From: Octopus sinensis
Lineage: Eukaryota
Assembly (NCBI RefSeq): GCF_006345805.1
Contig: NC_043024.1
Location: forward strand, 15,066,001-15,130,000
DNA length: 64,000 bases
Direction of reading: 5' to 3'
Shown in pieces: positions 25,457 through 37,940 of this stretch (position 1 is its first letter; every line of letters begins with the position of its first letter). Position numbers and translations under genes: made by a program. The notes under the pieces were generated by a model. That model did not search any database and had not been told where the DNA came from. It saw nothing but the letters and a program-made list of their open reading frames with translations.

Positions 25457-27023
25457 ATATGGTCCCCCGATCCCTTATCTGGTGGGTGATGTGGAAACTG
25501 GAGATTGATGAATGGTTAATAGGGGCTGTACAGGCCCTTTACAGAGAGGCTGTTAGTAAGGTGAGGATTGGCAATGAGTACAGTGAAGAATTCCGGGTAG
25601 AAGCTGGCGTCCACCAAGGCTCAGCCCTCAGTCTCCTTCTATTCATCATAGTCCTCCAGGCAATAACAGAGGAATTCAAGATGGGTTGCCCCTGGGAGCT
25701 CCTCTATGCTGACGACCTAGCCCTCGTAGCAGAATCACTACTGGAACTAGAGAAGAAATTTTGTGTGCGGAATCTAGGTTTAGAATCAAAAGGCCTTAGA
25801 GTCAATGTTGCAAAGAACAAAGTTCTATTAAGTAGGAAGGCAAACTCACCACACACCCCTTCAAGTAGGTGGCCCTGCTTGATCTGTAGAAAAGGTGTAG
25901 GTAGAAACTCCATAAGATGTATCCAGTGTAAGCTATGGACAACATAAGAGGTGCAGCAACATCAAAGGAAAATTAACTGAGAAGACAGCTATCGTATGTG
26001 GCAGATGCACAGGGGCATTGATACTCAGAAAATAGATTCCATTTCACTCCTGGGGGAGAAACTAGAAGTAGTTGATAGTTTCCGCTACCTAGGTGACCAA
26101 GTTAGTAGTGGGGGGTGGGTAGATGCTCAGAGAGTGTTACTACTAGAATAAGAATAGCCTGGGCAAAGTTTAGGAAGCTTCTTCTACTGGCGACAAAGGG
26201 TCTCTTGCTCAGAGTGAAAGGTAGATTGTACAATGCATGTGTGTGAACTGCCATGCTGTAACTGCGGAGGATACGTGTAGGCTCGAAATAAATGAAGCTA
26301 GCATGATCCGCTGGATGTGTAATGTCAGTGTCCATGCACGACAGAGTGTAAGTGCCCTGAGAGAAATGTTGGGCATAAGAAGCATCGGATGCAGTGTGCA
26401 GGAGAGACGTTTGCATTGGTATGATCATGTACTATGGATGAATGAGGAGAGATGTGTGAAGAAGTGCCACTCCCAAACTGTTGAAGGAATCTGGGGTAGA
26501 GGTAGACCCAGGAAGACATGGGATAAGGTGGACAAGCATAACCTTCGTATGTTGAGCCTCACAGAGGCTATGAGGAAAAACCGAGATCTCTGGAGATATG
26601 CTGTGACTTCGAAGACCTGACAAATGAAGTGAGTTCATGGCTTACAGGATGGCCTGCTGTGCTTACCTTGGATTGTAGGGTAACCTGCTGCGCTTGAGGA
26701 GACGTATTGTGTCAAGTTCATCAACATCAAAATAAAAATCATATGGATATTGTAGTTGTGATACCCGTGCCGGTGGCACGTAGGGCCTCACAGAGGAAAT
26801 GATGAAGACCGAGACCTCTGAGATATGCTGTGACTGTGAAGATCCGAGTAATGAAGTGAGTTCATGGCTCGCAGGATGGCCTGCAGTGCTAACCTTGGAT
26901 CGAAGAGTGACCTGCTGTTCTTGAGGAAACCTATTGAATCAAGTACGTCAACACCAATATCAAAATAAAAATCAAATGGAAATTGTAGTTAAGATACCTG
27001 TACCGGTGACACGTTAAAAGCAG
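25457..27023 (+). mobile_element. 5'-truncated RTE-clade LINE: RT C-terminal half, PHD-like Zn finger and C-terminus; frameshifted; duplicated 3' segment
   Basis: GVHQGSALSLLLFIIV, LLYADDL, C-x2-C...C-x2-C...HKRC...CGRC, FRYLG, RRLHWYDHVLWM, RGRPRKTW. Confidence 0.9.
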
Positions 27024-27143
27024 TTTCAGCAAAAACGATGGATAAAAACGATGGATAAAATAAGCTTAACAAAAATAAGTGTAGGGTAGTCTTCTTTATT
27101 TAGCCACACAGGGCTGAACAGAGAGGGGATAATGCAATTAAGC

Positions 27144-27177
<34 letters not shown>

Positions 27178-27425
27178 GGGGATAATTCACAAAAAAAAAC
27201 CAAAAAGACGAAGACAGGTGGTTTAGACAACAAACAGATGTATTAGTTTAACGCTCGAAGTGAAAAAGTCTTTAAGGTTTTGAGCCTACAATCTTCCACA
27301 GAAAGGAACATAGAAAGAAACCAGGAGAGAAAATAAAGAAGAGAAAATAAAGAATGTGTAGTGGCTAGCGATCTATCATTGCAAAGGTAGATAGATAGAT
27401 GGATGGATGGAGAGATAAATAGATG

Positions 27426-27479
<54 letters not shown>

Positions 27480-27492
27480 CAGATAGATAGAC

Positions 27493-27551
<59 letters not shown>

Positions 27552-27564
27552 CAGATAGATAGAC

Positions 27565-27614
<50 letters not shown>

Positions 27615-27717
27615 GTTTCTTTATTGGCCACACAGGGCTGCACACAGATGGGACAAGTTACAAGGTAGAGCTTTTCTTTTGGGGGATGAAGAGAACAAAA
27701 AACAAAAGAAAAAAAAG

Positions 27718-27748
<31 letters not shown>

Positions 27749-28873
27749 CAGATAGATAGACAGATAGATAGACAGATAGATAGATAGATAGATAGATAGA
27801 TATGTTTCTTTATTAGCCACACAGGGCTGCACACAGACAGGACAAAATTTCAAGGTAGAGCTTTTCTTTTGGGGGTAAAAGAAGGGGGTTTGGTTTTCGA
27901 TCAAAAGGGATCGTAAATGGAAAGAAAGAGGACAAAAAAAGGGGGGGGATAAAATAAAATTTAAAAAAAAGTGGGAGGTGAGGAAAAAAAGGGGGAGGTG
28001 AGGAAAAAAAGGGAAAGGAAAAAAAATTGATCAATAGGGATCGTTATCACAGAAATGTCAATATGAAGTGTAAAGGGGAGGACAGGTGAGGTTTACCCAT
28101 GGAAAGAAAAGCCTACGGAAAAGACCACGGTAACCTCGGTCAATGAAGTCACATGTTATATTTCTTTTTTTTCTTTTTCTTTTTGCAAATAAGCAACTCT
28201 CTGTGTTAATTTTATAGATAGATAGATAGATAGATAAATAGATGGATAGATAGATAGATAGATAACAGATAGATAGATACACAGATAGATAAGTTTCTTT
28301 ATTGGCCACACAGGGCTGCACACAGATGGGACAAGTTACAAGGTAGAGCTTTTCTTTTGGGGGATGAAGAAAACAAAAAACAAAAGAAAAAAAAAAGGGG
28401 TGGCGTAGGTTTTCGATCAAGAGGGATCGTAAAAGGGAAGAAAAGAACAAAAAAAAATAAATAAAATAAAAAATAAAAGGAATAAAAAGAAAAAAAAAGA
28501 AAAGGAAAAGGAACAAAAGAAAAGAGAAATGAAAAAAGAAGAAAAAGGGGAAAAAAAAGGGGAAGAGGAAAAAAAGAATGATCAATAGGGATCGTGTATC
28601 ACAGTGTTATGATATATGGTGTAAAGGGGAAAGCAAGTAAGGTTTATCCGTGGGAAGAAAAGCCTACGAAAAAGACCACGGTAACCTTGGTCAATATTGC
28701 TATATATGTTACCACATTCGTTTGCGAGTGGGTAACCCTCTGTTTTCAATTTCTGGGTTCATAGGATTATGCTCAAGGTGGCTTCGTCATTCATACGTGC
28801 CATCCTTGCTACATTCACCCATCTTTTTTTAAAACATTCGCTAGACAAAACTTGCCTCTCTACTCTCACTTTC
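27615..28873 (-). mobile_element. Three 5'-truncated Tx1/L1-like LINE 3' ends (27615-27718, 27804-28215, 28293-28873) embedded in (GATA)n
   Basis: All three share the 3' end ...gtcccatctgtgtgcagccctgtgtggccaataaagaaac. The longest encodes KVRVERQVLSSECFKKRWVNVARMARMNDEATLSIIL* (stop 28759-28761), which resembles Tx1/L1 ORF2 C-termini. Confidence 0.6.
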
Positions 28874-28879
28874 AGATAC

Positions 28880-28985
<106 letters not shown>

Positions 28986-29027
28986 GGATAGATAGATAAT
29001 AGATAAATAAATAGATAGCTAGCTAGC

Positions 29028-29068
<41 letters not shown>

Positions 29069-29217
29069 GGATAGATAGGTTGATTGGTTGATAGACAAAC
29101 ATAGAAAGATTTGGCTGTTATATCAAGCATATTTCTACATACATACATACAAAATATATATATGTAGGAAGAAATATGCTCGATATAAATGCTAAATCTC
29201 TCTCTCTCTTTTCTATG

Positions 29218-29248
<31 letters not shown>

Positions 29249-30077
29249 GTATATATATATATATATATATATACATACACACATATGTGAGTGTGTGTGG
29301 GGGGGTGAGAGAGAGAGAGGAAGGGAGAGGAATTTGGCAGCAACATGGAGCATCACAAGAAACCATATTGAAACTGTTCTCTCCTCTATATTATTCATGT
29401 CACTCTTAAGCCGGCTTCTGAGCAGGAGGACAGGAAAAATCTACATTCTAGTTTGCTCAGCCTTTAATGTACATCAATATTCCAAAGTATGCAAGTGTAA
29501 TTATAAGATTTACAGACCTCTCTGCTGTTACATTACCATTCTACAGAATGGTATTAAAATCTATATATCCACTAAGAAGATTTTCTCTTGTGCAATTACA
29601 TATCTGGAATAAATTGTTTGCAGAAACGGCTTATTCTAATGCTATTCTCTGATGGTTCCCTCCATAGAAATCTAGTTCTTAATGCATTTTAAGGGAGGGG
29701 GTGAGGGTACAGGTGGATTTTAGCAAAAAGACCTTTGGAGAATAGCTTTTGTGTGAGAGCCATACTTGGAGTTCTTTTTGCTTCTTATTGTTCTGTATAT
29801 ACAGTTATTGGTTAAAAGTTGTATGGTGACTGTAGGCTCCTGGATAACTGAATTTGTGATGCAATCATTCCTGGATATAAGCTTTGTTGTGAGATTAAAA
29901 AGAAAATAATAACGGTTTCAAATTTGGTACAAGGCCGACCTCAAGGTTTCTTGACGATTCTTGTTGTCTCCCAAACTCAATGATTTTATTCAAACCACAA
30001 GGGTTAAACAAAGAGGGGACAATACACTGGACAAATAGGGTTGGGGACTTATTGAATGATATTACATATATGAATAA

Positions 30078-30865
30078 TCATCATCATCATCATCATCATC
30101 ATCGTTTAACATTCGCTTTCCATGCTAGCATGGGTTGGATGATTTGATTGAGAACTGGTGAACCAGATGGCTGCACCAGACTCCAATCTGATCTGGCAGA
30201 GTTTCTACAGCTAGATGCCCTTCCTAACGCCAACCACTCTGAGAGTGTTGTGAGTGCTTTTACGTGCCACTGGCATGAAGGCCAGTCAGGCGGTACTGGC
30301 AACAGCCAAGCTCAAATGGTGTTTCTTTATGTGCCATCTGCACAGGATCCAGTCCAGCGACACTGGCAATGATCTCACTCGAATGTTTCTTCACGTGCCA
30401 GTAACGATCACGCTCGAATGGTGCTTTTTACGTGCCACCAGTATGGAAGCCAGTTAGCTGCTTTGGCAGTGATCACGCTCGGATGGTGCTCTTAGTGCTC
30501 CACTAGCACTGATGCCAGTCATCGAATTTGATTTTGATTTCACTTGCCTCAACAGGTCTTCGCAAGCAGAGTATAGTGTCCAATGAAGGAAAGGTACGCA
30601 TAAGTGGGCTGGTTACACCCCTGGCACAGGCCACGAGGTTATGGTCTCACTTGGCTTGCCGGGCCTTCTCAAGCACAGCATTTTTCCAAAGGTCTCAGTC
30701 ACTAGTCATTGCCTCGGTGAGGCCTAGAGTTTGAAGGTCATGCTTCACTACTTCATCCAGGTCTTCCTGGGTCTACTTCTTCCACAGGTTCCCTCAACCA
30801 CTATGTTGTGGCACTTTTACACACAGCTGTCCTCATCAATTCTCACCACATGACCATTCCAGCAG
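30078..30865 (-). mobile_element. 5'-truncated RTE LINE (end of ORF plus full 3'UTR with (GAT)n tail)
   Basis: Reverse complement encodes a CVKKCH..VEG..RPRKTW-like C-terminus. The 3'UTR has gttggcgttaggaagggcatc and ends gttaaacgatgatgat. Confidence 0.8.
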
Positions 30866-32319
30866 CTGCTTTCAGTTTCTGTCTACCAAATCCACAAGGC
30901 TTTCGTTGATCCGGTGTCATAGTAGAAGGCACTTGCCCAAGGTGCCACACAGTGAGACTGAATCTGGAACTATGTAGTTCGTAAGCAAACTACTTACCAC
31001 ACAGCCACTCCTAAGCCTATATGATGATGATAATGAACTATGAAATAAAAAAAGAAAAATGATTGAAAAGAACCACTGATATAAATGTGTATAGTATCAG
31101 AAACAATACTATAGAAATTAAGTTATAAAAGGGTTATTCCTATGGCAGAAACCAGAAACCCTATCATTGTAGAGCAAGCTTCTAAGCTGCAATTCAAACT
31201 AGCAATTTTCAAGACAAATTACAAACCAATTAGACAAACTAATTAAGCCTGTTGATTATTATTTCCTGGACAAGTCTGTCTTGCAAAAATGTTCTTTATG
31301 AAGTTACAATTAATGTCATAAAGGGTAAAGACGCCCTTTGGTCATGAACATTCATGGGATTGCCCCTAGAAAGTTCGCCTACGAGGCACAAGTCTAGGCA
31401 AGGTTGTTTATGGAAGACCAGCAGTCACCCGTACACACCAGCCTCCCCTCTCCAAGCAACCATTGTTATCCAAGGGAAAGGCAAAGGGGCTGATACAGCT
31501 TGGCACCAGTGACATTGCAACACATTTCTACAGCTGAGTGAACTGGAGCAACGTGAAATAAAGTGTCTTGCTCAAGAACACAACACACAGCCCAGCCCAA
31601 GAATTGAACTCACTACCTCATGATTGTGAGTCTGACAATCTAACCATTCTGATCCATACATCATATATGTAGATGAATATATATGTGTGTTTGTGTGCCT
31701 GTATAAAGGCCACCTTCAGTCAAGGATGACCATGAGATTGTACATAGAAAGTTACCTTCTGAGGCTCAAGTCAGGGCAAGATTGTTTGTGGAAGACCAGC
31801 AGTCGCCCATGCATACCAGCCTCCCCGCTACATGTCACCAGTGTTATCCAAGAGAAAGTCAAAAGGGGCCAATGCAGCTTGGCACCAGTGACGTCGCAAC
31901 TCATTTCTACAGCTGAGTGAACTGGAGCAACATGAAAAAAAGTGTCTGGCTAAAGAACACAACACACAGCTCGGTCTGGGAATCAAACTCGCTACCTTAT
32001 GATTGTGAGTCAGATGCTCTAACCACTGAGCCACGCACCATGTGCCTTCACTAATGTCAAAACTACAAACAAATTTCAGAAGCCATTTTTGATATTTTCG
32101 TTCCAAGTGCAAATAAAAGCTTCAGGCTTTTATTTCCATATTGGTTCAGGGAGGATTAGCACTCCAGCCTTGTAAAAGCCTCTCCAGCAATGACCACCCA
32201 AAACAGGGCCATAGGTTGCAGGGTTGTTGTCTGAGTGGCGCAAAGCTGTCATCCACCACAGGTAGGGGGTCACCAATGATTGGGGGATGCACTGATGTGC
32301 TGTTACAGTGCATGATCCC

Positions 32320-32329
32320 ACTACTACTA

Positions 32330-32362
<33 letters not shown>

Positions 32363-32425
32363 ATGATGATGATGATGCCACCACTAATACTACTAGGGCC
32401 ACTCCTGCTGCTTTTACTGCTGCTG

Positions 32426-32457
<32 letters not shown>

Positions 32458-32673
32458 GCTGCTGCTGCTAATACTACTAGGGCCACTCCTGCTGCTTTTA
32501 CTGCTGCTGCTACTACAACTACTACTGCTGCTGCTACTACTATTACTACTACTATTACTGCTACTATGGCTGCTGCTGTTGCTGTTACTACTACTACTAC
32601 TACTATACTACTACTACTACTACTACCACTACTACGATTATACTGTTACTATGGCTGCTGCTGCTGTTGCTGT

Positions 32674-32734
<61 letters not shown>

Positions 32735-32784
32735 GCTGTTACTGCTGCTGCTGCTGTTGCTGTTACTGCTGCTGCTGCTGCTGT

Positions 32785-32845
<61 letters not shown>

Positions 32846-32865
32846 ACCACTACTACTACCATCAC
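32320..32865. repeat. Compound trinucleotide repeat (CTA/CTG/GAT)n
   Basis: Seen directly; includes an internal ~80-bp higher-order repeat (ctactagggccactcctgctgcttttactgc twice). Confidence 0.95.
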
Positions 32866-33405
32866 CCCTGGTGGCCAGCTATCATTGGAGAGGCAATCTC
32901 AACTGGATTAATTTAAGCTGAGGTGGGTTTGGAAGAAGTCTGAAAATTAAATCAAAGAATAAGGAAGTATCGCAGAGAATACTCGTTCAGTTCTCTTTTC
33001 TTTTTGCCGTGTTCTTCATTATCTTCAAAATTACTTTCAGCAAAAAAAAAAAAAGAAATATAGGAACAAAACTGTAAATAATGATTAAATTATTTTATTA
33101 ATTTCTTCATTATTTAAAAAATTAATTGCAATAAAAGCAGTGTATTTTAACAGAAATATGGCAACAAACGGGTTAAAGTGATCTAATTAAAAGCCTTCTG
33201 TAAAAATTTCATGTTAATTTTATGTTCCAAACACCAGCTTAATAACGAGAAAGTTATTTTACTAAACAATTGTAGCATTGAAGGGGTTTATAAGCCATTT
33301 AAGAAACACACAAAAACTGTTAGATTCACTTCAATATTTAAATTTAATTTGTCAAAATGTTTTTGTCGCTTTGAGACTGTGACCTGTTCACTGACAAAAT
33401 TCCAT

Positions 33406-33631
33406 ACTCTCTTTTACACTCTTTTACTTGTTTTAGTCATTTGACTGCGGCCATGCTGGAGCACCGCCTTTAGTCGAGCAGATCGACCCCGGGACTTATT
33501 CTTTGTAAGCCCAGTACTTATTCTATCGGTCTCTTTTGCCGAACCGCTAAATGACGGGGATGTAAACACACCAGCATCGGTTGTCAAGCAATGTTAGGGG
33601 GACAAACACAGACACACAAACATATAGACAC

Positions 33632-33679
<48 letters not shown>

Positions 33680-33842
33680 GATGGGCTTCTTTCAGTTTCC
33701 ATCTACCAAATCCACTCACAAGGCATTGGTCGGCCCGGGGCTATAGCAAAAGACACTTGCCCAAGATGCCACGCAGTGGGACTGAACCCGGAGCCAGGTG
33801 GCTGGTAAGCAAGCTACTTACCACACAGCCACTCCTGCGCCT
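33406..33842 (-). mobile_element. SINE family A with short TSD (ccat)
   Basis: The empty site is visible in the paralogous segment at about 15225-15240. Confidence 0.85.
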
Positions 33843-35144
33843 CCATGCTGCATTTTAAAAATCCTCTCCGGCTAATGGTTGAGAGGACATTGGTACTATC
33901 TTGGCAAAGGTTTGCGCTCTCTGAGTGCTCTGGTTATAACTACTTTTAAAATGTTGAGTGTAACGACATTCTTGGAAGTATTGCAAATATTTTATCAATA
34001 TTAAATTAGCATTTAAACTGGCTATATCAGACCAAAATATTCTGTTGGTTCTACATTCAAACTGACCAGATCCAGCCTTTCACACCCACCCTACATTGTC
34101 ATTCTAATAAATAACCAATCATATTGCCAAGATCTTGAAGCCACAAGATGTGTACTTAATACTATTCGATTCACTTCAACATTTAAATTTAATTTGCCTA
34201 AATATTTTCATCGCTTTGAGACCGTGACCTGTTCACTGACAAAATTCCATGCTACAGTGAACAGGTCGCGGTCTCAAAGCGATGAAAATATTTAGGCAAA
34301 TTAAATTTAAATGTTGAAATGAATCTAACGGTTTTTCTGTGTTTCTTAAATGGCTTATAAACACCTTCCACACTGCAATCATTTTCATTCCAGCACACGA
34401 TCTCAGATCAGGTCACTTGCTATGCAAGTACATCTCCGTAAAATTTTACTAAATAATTCTTTATTTTCGAAACTAGACAGTAAAGCCTGTCTTTCTCTTT
34501 TGGAGAAATTCTTGATTTTTATGATTATCTGCTTTCCTCAACAGGAGTCTTCATTGCTATTTGGTAATCATGATACTCTCGTTAGAGTCAGAGAACTTCA
34601 ATAAATCAAGAATTTATGTTGTATGGTATTTGATATACCTATACTTGTCTATGCCATTCAAATACATGCCACTGACCACCCTCAGTTCATATTTGTTTAA
34701 ATTATATATATATGAAAGGAAGCTGTTTTGTGTGTGTGTGTCTGCATGTACCTGTGCATAGCATACAGATTGTTCACAAATTATCTTTACAACTTCGACT
34801 ATTTATTGTATCAAATTGTAAAGGTAATTTATGGGCAGTGTGTGTGTGTGTGTGTATGTGTGTGTCTGTGTGTGTGGTACTATGTCAGGAGGCTATTAAC
34901 TATATGAAACAGTGAGGTACTATGTAAGAATACAAAATGGTGAGGAATATAAGAAAAGTGTGTAAGTATAAAACAGCATGGTACTCTGTAACAAAAAAAT
35001 ACATATTTTATAAAACAGTAAAAAAACTATGTAACAGTGAGGTACTATGTACCAAGTTTGAAAGTTATTAACTAAGCAAATGTCTTGGAATTCACTCAAA
35101 AAGGACCAATAAAAAAATAGCTTATATAAGTTTGTGATTAGTTT

Positions 35145-37316
35145 TTAAGAGAAGCTGGTACAACATTGTTTAAACTGTGCAAAGAAGTTCATCATGGCTG
35201 CATCATTGGACTGAAGAAAAGTGTTGATATTGTTACTGTCATTTTGCTGAGAGAGATGGACATCGAACACCGACATTCCGAATCTCATCATTAATGCCTC
35301 TTCGTAGAGTCGTATTGCCATAATGGCATCAGGCACAGTAGCTTTTTGACGGAGACTCAGTTTAGCAAAACTCTGAGTAATCTGAGCAAGAACTTGCAAA
35401 GCTGACACTGGAACCAGGGAAGAATCCATGGAAATGCTCCGGGCTCTTCGAGAAGCGATATAGTAAGTCTTCAAAATGTGTTCACTTTCGTCAGTCAGAC
35501 TGACTTCTCGTGCTCGTAAATTGGTTAAAAGCTGCTGGAGATCAGAATCTAAAATAGATGCAGTGTCATCTTCATCAAAATAACTTTCAAAAATGTGGTT
35601 CATGACCTTATAATCCTCATGAGGACTGGTGAAAACAATAAAGTTAAAAGCGTCCATCAGATAACCTAATCTACTTACAAAATTGTTCTTTGATAAAAGA
35701 TCATCACCTTTTTCAGCAATTTTACAGTTTGTTGAATCAAAAGCCCAAATTCTGCATTCTAATGGGTATTCAATGAGGTGTGGGAGGCCTTCCGTAAACT
35801 TTGATCCCACTCCAAGTTTAATTTTCTTTTCAATCAAGATGGATCTCAATCTTTCAGTTGTATTTTTCGTACATTGTGAAACATCTCCAAGATAACATAC
35901 TCCATTTGATGCTAATAATAAAGACCCAGCTTCCACAAAATATGGTGCACTACAATATGTATCGGCAGTTACCTTGCCTGTTAAATAATTATTGGCAGTA
36001 TGTCTGATGGCTCGGGGACAAAACCGAAGAGAGTAGAGCAAGATTTTGGATATAATGTGGCTTTCTTCCCCAATTACAAGAAGATGTAAAGGATCAGTGT
36101 TCTCATTTCCACTGCATACGAGGTTTAAAAGAATGGCTAATTTTAACACCCAGAAACTTCCTGGAGGTACAATTTTATCAGCAAAGTAAAATGCTAGACT
36201 GGAAGCAAACCTCCATGGTGTTTCTGATGTATTTTGAAATATGTCCCAAAGACTGTTTGGTAAGCATTTAAAATGACCAGCAAAGAGGTCATAAGGAATG
36301 TTTGTAATGTTATTTGCCTCAATGGTAACTAATATTTCACTGTCTTGGTTATCACGCCTGACAATCCCATAAAACTGATGTTCTTTTCCCAGACTAACTT
36401 TTTTGATTAAGTCTCCTCTGATGTAGACAAGAATGGCTTGATGCCGGAAACTTTTAGAGTTCATAAATACCCAGGAAGGAATGACTTCAGCAATAATCTT
36501 ATCAGCTAAATATCGACATGGTTTTATTTCCTCTAAAATCGACCCACAATAAAAGCAGCAAAAATTGTTCCGAATTATCTGAGCTTCTGTGGCACCAGGA
36601 ATATGTGTTCTTATGTATTCTTTACTGGAAGCTCCAGGACATTCTATGATTGGACATGCATATATGGTGTGGTGGGTATACTTTGACAAAGCCGTCATTC
36701 CCATAACGACACCCTGCAAAGTTATCATTCTGTTTTTCGCAGGCATTGCAAGAAGGTCACAGAATGTTCTTATGACGTAAACACCAGCAATATTTGGAAT
36801 AGATATCAAGCGTATTACAACTGAAATTTGATTAAGTTTTATGTCTTCACTAAGAAGCTTAATAAGTGTAATATAATAATATAAAATCTCTTGAAACAGC
36901 AGCGTAGCTTCACGAGGAGAATTCAAAAGCAGATTTCCAAGAAATGGATTTTCATTAAGAAATTCTATAGAATCAATTTCAACGTCGAACGAATAAAATG
37001 TACAATTTTCCATTTGCTCATATTCCTTGCAAACGTTCTTCACAGTATTTAGAATACCGTGATTGTCCATGTAACATAGGACAGCTGTTAGAAGATTAAC
37101 TTTATTGGCCATATCGACTGCTCTGCACACTTGAAAACGTTCACTTATTGAGAAAGAATATTGCTTGTTTTCAGGAATCAAAGCAATATCTATGATAATC
37201 GATATTAAATTGCTGAATTTGGAAGGTTGTGAGTGTGTTTCAGTGTCGGAGAGTAATTTCTCTAATGTCGACGTACAGAGCAGACGACACAACATTCCAG
37301 ACGTGTTACTGTACAT
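35145..37316 (-). CDS. MCMDC2: MCM domain-containing protein 2 (meiotic recombination pseudo-ATPase), intronless, 723 aa ORF; likely conserved start at Met69 (ATG at 37112)
   Basis: Uninterrupted 2172-bp ORF. The translation matches my recollection of vertebrate MCMDC2 along its length: QGVVMGMTALSKYT, Zn finger CPIIEC...CFYC, YIRTHIPGATEAQIIRNNF, EAGSLLLASNGVCYLGD, YYIASRR, KLSLRQ. Walker A/B and the Arg-finger are degenerate, as in MCMDC2. MANKVNLLTAVLCYMD aligns to the human N-terminus. Matched from memory; no search was run. Confidence 0.9.
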   Translation of the reverse strand: MYSNTSGMLCRLLCTSTLEKLLSDTETHSQPSKFSNLISIIIDIALIPENKQYSFSISERFQVCRAVDMANKVNLLTAVLCYMDNHGILNTVKNVCKEYEQMENCTFYSFDVEIDSIEFLNENPFLGNLLLNSPREATLLFQEILYYYITLIKLLSEDIKLNQISVVIRLISIPNIAGVYVIRTFCDLLAMPAKNRMITLQGVVMGMTALSKYTHHTIYACPIIECPGASSKEYIRTHIPGATEAQIIRNNFCCFYCGSILEEIKPCRYLADKIIAEVIPSWVFMNSKSFRHQAILVYIRGDLIKKVSLGKEHQFYGIVRRDNQDSEILVTIEANNITNIPYDLFAGHFKCLPNSLWDIFQNTSETPWRFASSLAFYFADKIVPPGSFWVLKLAILLNLVCSGNENTDPLHLLVIGEESHIISKILLYSLRFCPRAIRHTANNYLTGKVTADTYCSAPYFVEAGSLLLASNGVCYLGDVSQCTKNTTERLRSILIEKKIKLGVGSKFTEGLPHLIEYPLECRIWAFDSTNCKIAEKGDDLLSKNNFVSRLGYLMDAFNFIVFTSPHEDYKVMNHIFESYFDEDDTASILDSDLQQLLTNLRAREVSLTDESEHILKTYYIASRRARSISMDSSLVPVSALQVLAQITQSFAKLSLRQKATVPDAIMAIRLYEEALMMRFGMSVFDVHLSQQNDSNNINTFLQSNDAAMMNFFAQFKQCCTSFS

Positions 37317-37898
37317 TTCATTAATAAAATTTAGATAAAAAGATTAATTAAATTTAATATAATTAGTTTGTACAAATTACCAAGTTAATTTTGAAACAAT
37401 TTATGAAATATAAAAAGAAAATCATAATTATTATCTTTGTAATTTTGATTTCATTTCGTTTAACTCCGTTAAATAGTCGTGAAATTCGAAAACTAATTTT
37501 TGAAAAATTAACATTTTATTCGAACTTTAAAAGTATATTGTAATTAAAATATATTTTAATAAATCACCTTCAGCGAAAAAAAGAAAAAAAAAGGACAAAA
37601 ATGGAAACGTTCAAATGAACTGAAGCAATTTCTGAATGATATCTTTATCATTAATTATTGCAAATAAAAACAAGCCTTCCGTTTTCAATCTCCACTTGAA
37701 TGTATGCATCGCAGTTCCATAAATATTTTCCGAACATATTGCGAGCTATAGTTATATTTATATTATATCGGCACTATTGTATAACATGGGTCCCACAGGG
37801 AGCCGCTATGAAGTCGCTCTGTTTGCTAGAAGTAGCAACCAAATCTCCCTCCATATTACAGGTTTTAAAATTAAAGAACACACGCACATGCATGCACG

Positions 37899-37940
<42 letters not shown>

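Noticed and set aside
29330-29700. Faint Harbinger-like motif on the minus strand (…E.YRGENSFNMVSCDA)
   Set aside because: Too degraded to call without an HMM search.
32130-32921. Long poly-Leu/Thr/Val/Ala ORFs (up to 256 aa)
   Set aside because: All frames are open because of trinucleotide repeats; no splice or homology evidence.
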